Source: a virus
Strand: one strand, 5' to 3'
DNA: 64,000 nucleotides
Virus record (IMG/VR): IMGVR_UViG_3300036852_000503
How positions within the stretch are numbered: the stretch's first letter is position 1; the number at the start of each line of letters is the position of its first letter. The notes beneath the pieces are model-generated. The model had not been told where the DNA came from and did not search any database. It saw only the letters and a list, made by a program, of their open reading frames with translations. The position numbers and the translations under genes were made by a program. Positions 7,107 through 14,562 of this stretch are shown piece by piece.

Positions 7107-7352
7107 TCAGGTCCGCTGGATGATCCTGTCACCCGGGGTGGTGACGTGCTCGAAGTCGTACGACGCCTCGATGCCGAACTCGGTCCGCGCGCAGTCCTCG
7201 AGCGCCGTCAGGCACTCCTGCACGTACTCGTAGTCGCCGAACGAGTAGCCGACGCGAACGTCGAGAATGAGGCTCGCGGGGTCGATGGGCGAGACGACGG
7301 TGACCTTGACCACCTCGGCGTCCCGCGTGAACGTGATCGTGTACCGGTGCAT
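7107..7352 (-). CDS. Hypothetical protein (81 aa)
   Basis: Track ORF preceded by GGAACCTAGGAGAGCACG-ATG. Confidence 0.8.
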   Translation of the reverse strand: MHRYTITFTRDAEVVKVTVVSPIDPASLILDVRVGYSFGDYEYVQECLTALEDCARTEFGIEASYDFEHVTTPGDRIIQRT

Positions 7353-7393
7353 CGTGCTCTCCTAGGTTCCAGTGTGCCGCGAGTCAACCTTGG

Positions 7394-7543
7394 GCGAACC
7401 ACGCGGGGCGGGACAGTCCGGGACGCCGTCTACGTCCCCTACCCTTCGTTGGTACTTCACCGTCTTGCCGCCAGCCAACGCTCCCAGCGGTGAGGGCACG
7501 AACGGAGAGCCGGTAGCAAGATGCGCGGCCCCGCGTGGTTCGC
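7394..7543 (-). ncRNA. Structured long 5' leader or ncRNA closed by a 16-bp inverted repeat
   Basis: GCGAACCACGCGGGGC (7394-7409) is the perfect reverse complement of GCCCCGCGTGGTTCGC (7528-7543), 118 nt apart. Inner hairpin GGACG/CGTCC at 7422-7437. It lies between promoter 7578-7606 and ATG 7352. The ORFs drawn here are R/G-rich with poor GC3. Confidence 0.45.
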
Positions 7544-7577
7544 TTTGGAGTTGTGTCGTGCTGTGGTGCTAAGACAA

Positions 7578-7606
7578 ACTCTACCACATGCCGGATGAGT
7601 TTGACC
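7578..7606 (-). promoter_or_regulatory. Promoter, GGTCAA-17 nt-TAGAGT class
   Basis: Minus strand: GGTCAA (7606-7601), 17 nt ending in TGTGG, TAGAGT (7583-7578), then TTGTCTTAGCACC. Confidence 0.5.
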
Positions 7607-7615
7607 CGGTAACTT

Positions 7616-7855
7616 CTAGGAAACCGTGCGGATCACGGTGAGCGTGTGGCCCAGTTCAAAGCCGACCGGCGTGTCGACGCCCGCCACGCGGGCCTGCACG
7701 GTGGTCACCCGGGCGCGACTCCCGGCGAACAGGTGCGCGCCGTTGGACCGCCAGACCCTGGTGACCTCGCGCAGCTGGCCGCCCGCGGCGAGGTACCGGT
7801 CGCCCGCGCGCAGGTCCTGGGCGGGGATGCTGATCACCGTGGTGTCGTCGCTCAT
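7616..7855 (-). CDS. Hypothetical protein (79 aa)
   Basis: Track ORF preceded by GGAACCTAGGAGAGCACG-ATG. Confidence 0.8.
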   Translation of the reverse strand: MSDDTTVISIPAQDLRAGDRYLAAGGQLREVTRVWRSNGAHLFAGSRARVTTVQARVAGVDTPVGFELGHTLTVIRTVS

Positions 7856-7894
7856 CGTGCTCTCCTAGGTTCCGATCCAGTGGTGCTGGTGACT

Positions 7895-7923
7895 ACATTA
7901 CCACACGTCGGGTCAACTTAACC
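7895..7923 (-). promoter_or_regulatory. Promoter, GGTTAA-17 nt-TAATGT class
   Basis: Minus strand: GGTTAA (7923-7918), 17 nt ending in TGTGG, TAATGT (7900-7895). Confidence 0.45.
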
Positions 7924-7941
7924 CATCATTATGGACTCAAC

Positions 7942-7977
7942 GGGCGGACCCCGCGGCGTGAACCGCGGGGCCCGCCC
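7942..7977 (-). terminator. Strong GC hairpin terminator
   Basis: GGGCGGACCCCGCGG (7942-7956) / CCGCGGGGCCCGCCC (7963-7977): 14 bp plus one mismatch, 6-nt loop, 12 nt after the stop of the 7990..8364 gene. Confidence 0.6.
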
Positions 7978-7989
7978 TCGGGTGGTACG

Positions 7990-8364
7990 TTACAGCGCGC
8001 GCACGAGCTCCGTGACCGCGACCGCGAGTGTGACGACGACGCCGCCGCCGAACGCCAGCGCGGTCACCGCGCAGCCCTTCTTTTCGGCGACCGTCTTGTC
8101 GTGCTTGATCGACTCCTTGTGCGTGCGCCGATCACGCTTCGCCTTGTTGCGCGGGTGCATGATGCTGTCGCGGTTCTTAGGGCACAGGTTGTCGGGGTGC
8201 GGCTTACCCTTGCAACCTCGACTACACCGCTTGTTACTCCCCGACGCCGCGTACTTGCGATTGCGCGACTCCTTGGATCCCCTACCACTCAAGTCCACGT
8301 AGTGCGGGCAGTCGCGCGCGTTGTCGTGCTCAGCGTTGCAAGCGTAGCACCAGAATGTGACCAC
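7990..8364 (-). CDS. Cys-rich, highly basic protein with a C-terminal TM anchor
   Basis: 124-aa ORF, GTG start after GGAACCAAGGAGAGTAC; WCYACNAEHDNARDCPHY...CSRGCKGKPHPDNLCPKN..., then GCAVTALAFGGGVVVTLAVAVTELV. G+C is visibly lower than in neighbouring genes. Confidence 0.75.
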   Translation of the reverse strand: MVTFWCYACNAEHDNARDCPHYVDLSGRGSKESRNRKYAASGSNKRCSRGCKGKPHPDNLCPKNRDSIMHPRNKAKRDRRTHKESIKHDKTVAEKKGCAVTALAFGGGVVVTLAVAVTELVRAL

Positions 8365-8413
8365 GTACTCTCCTTGGTTCCTCGGCGCCGGCCCGTCCGG
8401 CGCCCGCGGGTTA

Positions 8414-8443
8414 AGCCTACCACATAGTACCCGGTCGGGTCAA
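8414..8443 (-). promoter_or_regulatory. Promoter (TTGACC-18 nt-TAGGCT)
   Basis: Minus strand: TTGACC (8443-8438), 18 nt ending in TGTGG, TAGGCT (8419-8414). Confidence 0.5.
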
Positions 8444-8706
8444 CGCCGACCGTCGCCCGGCACGACGCGCACCCGCTGGTCCAGCGGCGTCGTGAGGTAG
8501 CCATCCGTGAGGTTCGGCTCGACGACTCGCCACACCTGCGGCGACACCTCGATCGTGACGTCTTCAGCGTGATCCAGTCGACTGCACGTCAGCATCGCGC
8601 TGCGTACCAGCTGCCTCATCACCTCGGCGGTGAATCGCTCGCCGCACCGCGTCAGCTCACTGTCATCGGGTTCGCCGTCGCCGAGATCACCCGGCGCCGT
8701 CATCAT
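8440..8706 (-). CDS. Hypothetical protein (88 aa)
   Basis: Track ORF with ordinary composition. Confidence 0.7.
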   Translation of the reverse strand: MMTAPGDLGDGEPDDSELTRCGERFTAEVMRQLVRSAMLTCSRLDHAEDVTIEVSPQVWRVVEPNLTDGYLTTPLDQRVRVVPGDGRR

Positions 8707-8950
8707 CGCTCCGCGACCTCGGCGGCGGGAGCGTGCGACCCAGGATCTTGCCGGCCTGCGCCGCGCAGTCCTCGCCGAAGCTGGCGAGCCCGTAGAACGG
8801 CGACGACTCGTTGGGGGAGTCCCACGTCGCCGCGTACCGCGAGATCTGCACGTAGTCGAGGCCGATCTTAAGCCACGACTCGATCGCGAGCGCGCGCTCC
8901 CTGTTGATGATGCGCGCCAACCGTCTCGGATCCATGCGGGGTTCCGTCAC
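8687..8950 (-). CDS. Hypothetical protein (87 aa)
   Basis: Track ORF; GTG start with GAGGAGG RBS. Confidence 0.7.
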   Translation of the reverse strand: MTEPRMDPRRLARIINRERALAIESWLKIGLDYVQISRYAATWDSPNESSPFYGLASFGEDCAAQAGKILGRTLPPPRSRSDDDGAG

Positions 8951-8991
8951 CGTCGTGCCTCCTCGTTCCCATCAACTCATCGTCGTCGTCG

Positions 8992-9249
8992 TCAGCGCAT
9001 GCCGCAACCTAGGTGCGGCGTGACGTGCTGGTCGCCGACGCACCGTCGCCGCGGTCGCAGCGTGCTGGGGATCGGCACGCCGGGCGCCGCCTCGGTGTGG
9101 ATGACGTCACCCAACGCCGCCGCGCAGACGCAGTTGCCCACGCCCGACTGGACGTCGCGCGCGTACACGTGCGGCAGCCGGTACTCGCTGCGGAACGGCC
9201 CCACCGAACCCTCGTGCCCCGGCACCGCGTGGTGCCGAGCGGTGGTCAC
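8992..9249 (-). CDS. Hypothetical protein (85 aa)
   Basis: C-terminal part of track ORF 8992..9411. GTG 9249 is coupled (GTGA) to the upstream stop. High GC3 begins only from this start. Confidence 0.55.
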   Translation of the reverse strand: MTTARHHAVPGHEGSVGPFRSEYRLPHVYARDVQSGVGNCVCAAALGDVIHTEAAPGVPIPSTLRPRRRCVGDQHVTPHLGCGMR

Positions 9250-9839
9250 GCGTCCCGCCTCAGCACGACGCGGCCGTGGTAAATGTCGCCCTGGTCGATC
9301 ACCGTGAAGCCCCGCTCCAGCAGGTAGGGCACCGCGTCGCCGCCCTTGCCGTTCCAGCCGGGTCCAGGTGTCGGGTCGAGCACCGACGGCAGCGCCCACG
9401 TGTCGTCGCACGCCACGATCCCGCCGGCGATCACGTGCGGCTCGACCAGCATCGCCACCGAGAGGTGCGACGCGAGGCTCGCCTGACGCGAGTACGCCTG
9501 GCCGCGCGCCTCATACTCGAGTCGCTGCGCGTCCCACATGCCCTCGGGCGCGTGCTCGTACGGCCAGTCGTGCCCGTCCAGCCAGGCGAAGCCGATCGGC
9601 AGGGTCCAGGTGCGCAGCACGTCCTCGGCGCGTCCGCGGTGCGGCAGCACGTTCGGGATTGAGCACGCCCGGTCGATCTGACCCGGGTCGACGTCGATCA
9701 CGTGCATCGGCGGCCCGACCTTGCTGAGGAACGTGGTCGACCCCTCGCCGTCCGAGTCGCGTTCGACGCCCACCTCGAGGATGACCGCGCCGGGCGGGTA
9801 CGCCACGTCCGCCGCCACCTTGTACCCCTGGGTTCCCAC
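9246..9839 (-). CDS. Class I methyltransferase-fold-like protein
   Basis: 197-aa ORF; VILEVGV...GEGSTTFL resembles a degenerate SAM-binding motif I and IVACDD resembles motif IV. Weak call by eye only. Confidence 0.35.
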   Translation of the reverse strand: MGTQGYKVAADVAYPPGAVILEVGVERDSDGEGSTTFLSKVGPPMHVIDVDPGQIDRACSIPNVLPHRGRAEDVLRTWTLPIGFAWLDGHDWPYEHAPEGMWDAQRLEYEARGQAYSRQASLASHLSVAMLVEPHVIAGGIVACDDTWALPSVLDPTPGPGWNGKGGDAVPYLLERGFTVIDQGDIYHGRVVLRRDA

Positions 9840-9906
9840 GTGCGCAACCCTAGCACACAGGCCCCGGGTCCTCGTGGTGAGGATCGGGGCCCGCGGCGTG
9901 AAGTGA

Positions 9907-10083
9907 TCAGGCCCAGTACGCCTTGACCTCCGCGCCGGACGCGATCAGCGCGCTGATCTCATCGGTGGTGAGCACCCGCTCAGGCTGGGTCTCGCACAGC
10001 GTGCGGGTGGACTTGAGGGTCGCGGTCAAGCGGCCGAGGCGGAAGGTGCGGGTCGCGGTGACCGAGACGGTGCGAACGTTCAT
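9907..10083 (-). CDS. Hypothetical protein (58 aa)
   Basis: Not in the ORF track. ATG 10083 after GGAACCTAGGAGATCACG; MNVRTVSVTATRTFRLGRLTATLKSTRTLCETQPERVLTTDEISALIASGAEVKAYWA; high GC3. Confidence 0.65.
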   Translation of the reverse strand: MNVRTVSVTATRTFRLGRLTATLKSTRTLCETQPERVLTTDEISALIASGAEVKAYWA

Positions 10084-10126
10084 CGTGATCTCCTAGGTTC
10101 CTAAGCTGTTTTGCGGTGCTAAGACA

Positions 10127-10155
10127 ATAGTACCACAACGATGGTGACGTTGACC
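10127..10155 (-). promoter_or_regulatory. Promoter, GGTCAA-17 nt-TACTAT class
   Basis: Minus strand: GGTCAA (10155-10150), 17 nt ending in TGTGG, TACTAT (10132-10127), then TGTCTTAGCACC. Confidence 0.5.
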
Positions 10156-10192
10156 GGCACGAGCGAGACAATCTTACGTGAACTACGTTCAC

Positions 10193-10540
10193 TCACCGCC
10201 TACCTCGGCGCGCGAACGCGGTCCGCGCGGGTCCAGTGTGCGGTGCCCTCGGCCTCGCGCCGTCACGCAGTCCGTCGAGCGGCCCCTCGGTGACGTCGGC
10301 GTCGACGTAGGCGCCCTCGTCCACCCGCACCTTGGTGCCGCGCACCAGCACGTACCGCAGCTCGTTACCGTCATCGTGCAGCTCGCCCCGCCGCTCGAGG
10401 AGCCGGACCACCTCGCTTCCCAGCGTGACCGTCAGCCGGTGGTCGCCGCCTAGGTGGTGACGCCGTCGGAGCGCGACGACCTCCGCGCCCAACGGCGTGA
10501 GGATGTCGTCGTCGCCTCGGTCGTCACGCGGTGTCGTCAT
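10193..10540 (-). CDS. Hypothetical protein (115 aa)
   Basis: Track ORF; the N-terminal two thirds look like ordinary protein and the C-terminal tail is R-rich. Confidence 0.55.
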   Translation of the reverse strand: MTTPRDDRGDDDILTPLGAEVVALRRRHHLGGDHRLTVTLGSEVVRLLERRGELHDDGNELRYVLVRGTKVRVDEGAYVDADVTEGPLDGLRDGARPRAPHTGPARTAFARRGRR

Positions 10541-11192
10541 CCTCAGACCTCCCCGGCCCTTCCTTGTCTACTACGCCGATGTCGTCTACGGCCGGCGCCG
10601 ACCACGTGCCCTCGACGTCGACGGGAGCCCCGGAGGGCGACTCCAGGACCAGGAGCTGCCGGTGCGCCTCCTCGAACGCGGCCACGCGCCGGGCCGGTTC
10701 CAGGTTCAGCTTGTCGATGACGCGCCCGATCACCTCCGCGACGATCTGACCCTCGAGTTCGACCTGCCGCACCATCCGCTCGGCGACGCCCGCGTTGACG
10801 GCCGCCGCGGCCGTGCGGGTCATGAGCGCGCGCTCCTTCCGCGACTCGGTCATCCAGCGGAGCACCGCGACCGTGTCCGGGTCGCCGCCGTCGTTCTCGC
10901 CCGTGGTCGCGTCGCGCACCGCGCGCTCCAGCTGGGCGTCGACCCACGCCACGCGGCCCGCCGCGAGCCGCACGCCCTTGAGTAGGGCCTCCCACGGCGT
11001 GACGTTCAGCTCGCGGGCCACGTCCAGTGCCATCATCCACGCCCCGTGTCTCGTCGCCGTTCCGTGCTTCTTACACGGGCCGTAACCCGCGTGCCGGGTG
11101 AACTCGCCCGCCAGGTATCTACAGCGTGTACCTCGCCGTGTGGTCTCGCCGCACCTCAGCGCGAGACGGCGTGCGGTGCGGCGAGCGTTCAT
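10524..11192 (-). CDS. Hypothetical protein with an N-terminal Cys cluster (222 aa)
   Basis: Track ORF 10524..11429 trimmed to ATG 11192; MNARRTARRLALRCGETTRRGTRCRYLAGEFTRHAGYGPCKKHG... The upstream part of the ORF is R/W-rich junk. Confidence 0.65.
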   Translation of the reverse strand: MNARRTARRLALRCGETTRRGTRCRYLAGEFTRHAGYGPCKKHGTATRHGAWMMALDVARELNVTPWEALLKGVRLAAGRVAWVDAQLERAVRDATTGENDGGDPDTVAVLRWMTESRKERALMTRTAAAAVNAGVAERMVRQVELEGQIVAEVIGRVIDKLNLEPARRVAAFEEAHRQLLVLESPSGAPVDVEGTWSAPAVDDIGVVDKEGPGRSEDDDTA

Positions 11193-11206
11193 AGATCCAT
11201 AATAGC

Positions 11207-11431
11207 CTACCGATCCGTAAGTGCCCGCTCGACGACGTCGGCGAGTCGGTTGATCGCCGTCGCGATTTCGTGGTTCGCCTCGGCGATGTTGTCGAGCGCC
11301 TGGCCTACGGGATGCGGTGAACCAGATTGTGACTTTCCACCAAGCGCGGCGGCTAGTCCTTCGATGGCGCCCATGTGTCCACCCGGCCCGTGGAACGAAA
11401 GTTCGCGGATCGCGTCGCCAACGTCGCACAT
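11207..11431 (-). CDS. Hypothetical protein (74 aa)
   Basis: Track ORF 11207..11464. ATG 11431 follows AGGAAG, and GC3 rises only after it. Confidence 0.6.
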   Translation of the reverse strand: MCDVGDAIRELSFHGPGGHMGAIEGLAAALGGKSQSGSPHPVGQALDNIAEANHEIATAINRLADVVERALTDR

Positions 11432-11468
11432 AAGATCACTTCCTACTCGCTCGGCATTCGTCACTGTA

Positions 11469-11765
11469 GATCTTGCTCAAGATCAGGTACACTAGCCGTT
11501 CCTACTGTACCTGAGCACGTGTTGTGGATCTTGGGTACAGTGGAACAGTAACTTTTCGGTTAGCCATGTAGTAGACGGTGGGCGGTAGGTGCGCGTCGTA
11601 CGGGCATTTAATGGTTATAGCCAGTTTCTACTGTACCTACTGTTCTACTGTACCCTACCGTTACCCGATCCACTGTTTACCGTTGTCAAAGATTCATCAT
11701 TATTCATTTACGCAGGTACACTGACACCCGATCCTACCGTTCCGCATCATACCTCCTACTGTACC
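11469..11765. repeat. Iteron-like repeat field in an AT-richer intergenic region
   Basis: CTACTGTACC at 11502, 11628, 11645 and 11756. Variants: CTACTGTTC at 11637, CCACTGTTTACC at 11670, inverted GGTACAGTGG at 11534 and GGAACAGTAAC at 11542. 16-nt palindrome GATCTTGCTCAAGATC at 11469-11484. TACCGTT occurs 3 times. Confidence 0.7.
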
Positions 11766-11788
11766 CGGCCTAGTGAACCCGGTTCAAC

Positions 11789-11815
11789 GGAACAGTAAGC
11801 GTCGCTTACTGTTCC
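11789..11815 (-). terminator. 27-nt perfect palindrome downstream of the primase/helicase gene
   Basis: GGAACAGTAAGCG-T-CGCTTACTGTTCC, 8 nt after the stop at 11824. It shares the ACTGT core with the iteron-like repeats. Confidence 0.55.
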
Positions 11816-11823
11816 GGCGCCTC

Positions 11824-14199
11824 TCAAGATCCAAAATTCGCCGCCCACGCGGCCGTCCCCGAGGCCCACCGTACCCCCCTGAAACCTCGTACCTTCACGC
11901 CTCCCACGTTGACGGCGTTCTTGGGTCGGTCCAGTCCGTGACCGGTCAGCTCGCGCGACAACCGGATCATGTTCAGCTTGTCGAAGCCCCGGACGCCGTG
12001 CTGCTCGCACCAGCGCTCGTACGCGGCGTACAGCTCCGTGTTGTCGATGAAGTCGTTGGGGTCGCCCGTCCGCGTGAACGTGTCCTCGATGAACTGCCCC
12101 GTGAAGTCCTCCTCGTCGCGGTACGTCTTGACGTCGTCGCGGATCGACGCCGGTACGCCCAGTGAGCCGAGCTGCCGCCAGTCCAGCAGCCCCTGGAGCG
12201 CCCAGTTCAGGATGCCCGACGCCTCCTCCAGGTACAGCAGGTCGCCGAACCGGTCGATCGCCTGGCCCGGCTGGATCTTGCCGTGGCAGAGGATCCGGTG
12301 CATGCGGTTCCACACGCCGTCCGAGGGGTCCCGGACGGTCGGCTGGCCGTTGCCCGCGATCCACAGCTTGAACTGGGCGTCGAACTCGAAGAAGTCCTTC
12401 TTCATCCGGCGCGCCTTCACGCGCTTCGACCCGGTCAGCGCCTTCACGCGCTCGACGTTCAGCGCCTTGCCCTGCCGGGTCTCGTCGATGAACACCAGCC
12501 GCGCGCCGAGCAGGTCGGCCATGATGGTCGGGTGCTGCTCGTCGCCGCCGGTCAGCAGCGCGGTGGTGGCCGTCTGGGCGTAGGAGCCCATGAGCTGCAT
12601 CACCGGCTCGATGAACGCGTTCTTACCGTTCGAGCCGCTCCCCTCCATGAAGAAGAACGACCGGGCACCCACGTCGCCGGTCAGCGTGTAGCCGACGGCC
12701 CGGCGGATGTAGGCCATCAGCACCGGGTCGCCGTTGCAGAGCAGCTCGACGTGGCCCAGCCACCGCTGGTACGTCGCCGTTGGGTCGTGCGTCACCTCGG
12801 CGAGCCGGGTGCAGAGCTCCTCACGCCTGGACTCGCGCAGCTCGCCGGTACTCAAGTCCAGGGTGCCGTTGCGCACCACCAGCAGGTTCGGGTCGGAGTC
12901 CAAGTCCTCGGTGGTGACGACCAGCTCGGGCTCCGCCTCGGCGCCGGCGAGCATCGCGCGCCGTCGCTGGATCGACTCGGAGTCGCGCGCCCAGTTGGCC
13001 AGCCGGGCGCGGACGTCGCCCTCCGCGACCTCGGCGTCGCGCCGGATCGAGTCGATGACCTCCTTCGTGAGGTCCAGCGACCGGTTGGTCCGATCGGGTG
13101 CCCACCGGAGGCCGTCCCAGACGTACCAGCGCTTCTCGTCCGCCGCGAACCGCAGCCGGTCGCCCAGGACGCGGACCACCCGCAGCGAGTTGCCGAGGTC
13201 GGTCGGGAGCGCGTCCCGCGGCGGTGCCTCCTGGACCTGGGTGGCGCTCAACCCCACGCGCTGGGCCCACGCCAGCGTGGTGGGCGACGGCCCGGCGATC
13301 CCGCGTCCCGGCCCGTGCTCGCGCCGGACGCGGTCCACGAGCTCGATCACGTCGTCGGCCGTCCACGGGTTGGCCGGGTCCGAGTTGACCAGCAGCTGGA
13401 GGACCACCATGCCGAGCGCGATCATCTCGGAGCGGTACGCGTTGCGCCCGCGCAGCGAGCACATGTACCGGTAGAACTCGGTCTGCTGCTCGCCGGGCGC
13501 GATGCCGTCCCGGAGGATGCCCTCGACGTCCACCCGCTCGCCGCGGTCGTCCAGGGCCGGGTTGTCCTCGGCGGAGTGCGCCCCCGACCGGTCGCGCCCC
13601 GCGCCGCCGACCTGGAGCGCCTCGACCCACCTGGGCCCCAGGAACGCCAGGTCGGCGACCTGCGGGACCGACTCGCTGAGTACCCACCCCGGCGCGTACC
13701 ACCGGTACGTCCCCTGGGTGTCCGGGTGCACGGACGGCCAGACCACGGCGAACCGGTGACCGTGCCGGACGATCTCGACGTTCGAGCCCCGGCCGAGGTC
13801 GGACTTCCAGTCCAGGCCCGGCGGGACGCGGTAGAGCCGGATGCCCGACCCGGACCCATCCGTCCGCGACGTGGAGATCCACGTCGGCGGCAGTTGCTCG
13901 TCCAGCTGCGTCTCGAACCAGTCGACGGTCTCCGCCCCGACGCGGCCGTTGTAGGCGTCCACGTCGACGCCCAGCACGTCGTCCGGCAGGCGCAGCCCGA
14001 CGTTGGCGCGCGGCATCGACTCGACCCACTGGTCCAGCTGCGCGTCGTCGGGCCACGGTGCCCCGCGTCCGGTGAAGTCCATTGGCGGCGTCCGCTTGCC
14101 GATGATCGGCAGGACGCCGAGCCACCCGGCGTCGCGGTACGCTCGCGCCCCGTCGCCGTACGGGGCCGTCACCCGGCCACCCGGCCGTTCACGCGGCAC
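11824..14199 (-). CDS. Bifunctional DNA primase/polymerase plus P4/D5-type helicase
   Basis: 791-aa ORF. N-terminal prim-pol-like region (AYRDAGWLGVLPIIGKRTPP...VDVD...). C-terminal P-loop FFFMEGSGSNGKNAF with LVFIDE Walker B. The start could be GTG 14199 or GTG 14172. Confidence 0.85.
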   Translation of the reverse strand: MPRERPGGRVTAPYGDGARAYRDAGWLGVLPIIGKRTPPMDFTGRGAPWPDDAQLDQWVESMPRANVGLRLPDDVLGVDVDAYNGRVGAETVDWFETQLDEQLPPTWISTSRTDGSGSGIRLYRVPPGLDWKSDLGRGSNVEIVRHGHRFAVVWPSVHPDTQGTYRWYAPGWVLSESVPQVADLAFLGPRWVEALQVGGAGRDRSGAHSAEDNPALDDRGERVDVEGILRDGIAPGEQQTEFYRYMCSLRGRNAYRSEMIALGMVVLQLLVNSDPANPWTADDVIELVDRVRREHGPGRGIAGPSPTTLAWAQRVGLSATQVQEAPPRDALPTDLGNSLRVVRVLGDRLRFAADEKRWYVWDGLRWAPDRTNRSLDLTKEVIDSIRRDAEVAEGDVRARLANWARDSESIQRRRAMLAGAEAEPELVVTTEDLDSDPNLLVVRNGTLDLSTGELRESRREELCTRLAEVTHDPTATYQRWLGHVELLCNGDPVLMAYIRRAVGYTLTGDVGARSFFFMEGSGSNGKNAFIEPVMQLMGSYAQTATTALLTGGDEQHPTIMADLLGARLVFIDETRQGKALNVERVKALTGSKRVKARRMKKDFFEFDAQFKLWIAGNGQPTVRDPSDGVWNRMHRILCHGKIQPGQAIDRFGDLLYLEEASGILNWALQGLLDWRQLGSLGVPASIRDDVKTYRDEEDFTGQFIEDTFTRTGDPNDFIDNTELYAAYERWCEQHGVRGFDKLNMIRLSRELTGHGLDRPKNAVNVGGVKVRGFRGVRWASGTAAWAANFGS

Positions 14200-14459
14200 G
14201 TGCTACGATCGGTCATGCGTGTTCTACCTCCTGGTGTCGTCCCACTGGACGGAGGTGCGGCGAGGTGTGAGCGCACGCCGCCGAAGTCCGCCTCGCGTCC
14301 GGTCACCCCGGGTCTACCCGGTCGCTCCGGTCGAGGTCAGGGCGTCAATTTACAACCCTCGACGCCGCTTGACCGAACCCGGTAATGATCTTCGACCGCG
14401 GCGGCGACGGCTCCCCGCGACGCACCGGTCGCACGCCTCACGGCCCCGGCGACGGCGCG

Positions 14460-14468
14460 TGGTAGGGT
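14460..14468 (+). promoter_or_regulatory. Extended -10 promoter candidate (TGgTAGGGT)
   Basis: TGGTAGGGT at 14460-14468 in the divergent region. The same TGnTAGGGT motif recurs at 15925 and 17114. No clear -35 element. Confidence 0.35.
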
Positions 14469-14562
14469 AGTTGTCGACCGCCCCGTCCACCTCCCTGGGA
14501 CCGACGGGGCGGTCGTCCACGGCGCGGCGACGCGTCACCAGGAATAAGGAGAGGACGACGCA

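Noticed and set aside
7372-7587. Track ORFs 7372..7572 (+) and 7384..7587 (-) as genes in the 260-nt spacer.
   Set aside because: R/G/P-rich products, no RBS, poor codon-position bias. The region is better explained by the 16-bp long-range helix and its internal hairpins.
9860-9900. Hairpin GGCCCCG...CGGGGCC between genes 9907..10083 and 9246..9839 as a terminator feature.
   Set aside because: The 7-bp stem has a long (about 19-nt) loop and no U-tract, and the downstream gene follows directly. It is probably only a partial attenuator, so it is not listed as a feature.
11502-11765. TACTGT-containing repeats as LexA (SOS) boxes.
   Set aside because: They resemble only half of the E. coli CTGT-N8-ACAG box. 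Actinobacterial LexA sites are of the TCGAAC-N4-GTTCGA type. The repeats are mostly direct, not palindromic.
11589-11798. 69-aa plus-strand ORF inside the iteron region.
   Set aside because: It is an artefact of AT-richer repeat DNA. It has no RBS and lies on the strand opposite to all neighbouring transcription; its product consists largely of translated repeats.
12283-14385. 700-aa plus-strand ORF, and similar long antisense ORFs (e.g. 16162..17208 -, 20753..21814 -, 23020..24084 -, 25064..26026 -, 27154..28116 -, 28179..29618 -, 57392..58435 -, 10543..11040 -).
   Set aside because: They lie opposite or out of frame to genes with clear motifs. They are R/G/P/A/H-rich with G/C concentrated in the wrong codon positions. 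These are typical shadow ORFs of high-GC DNA.
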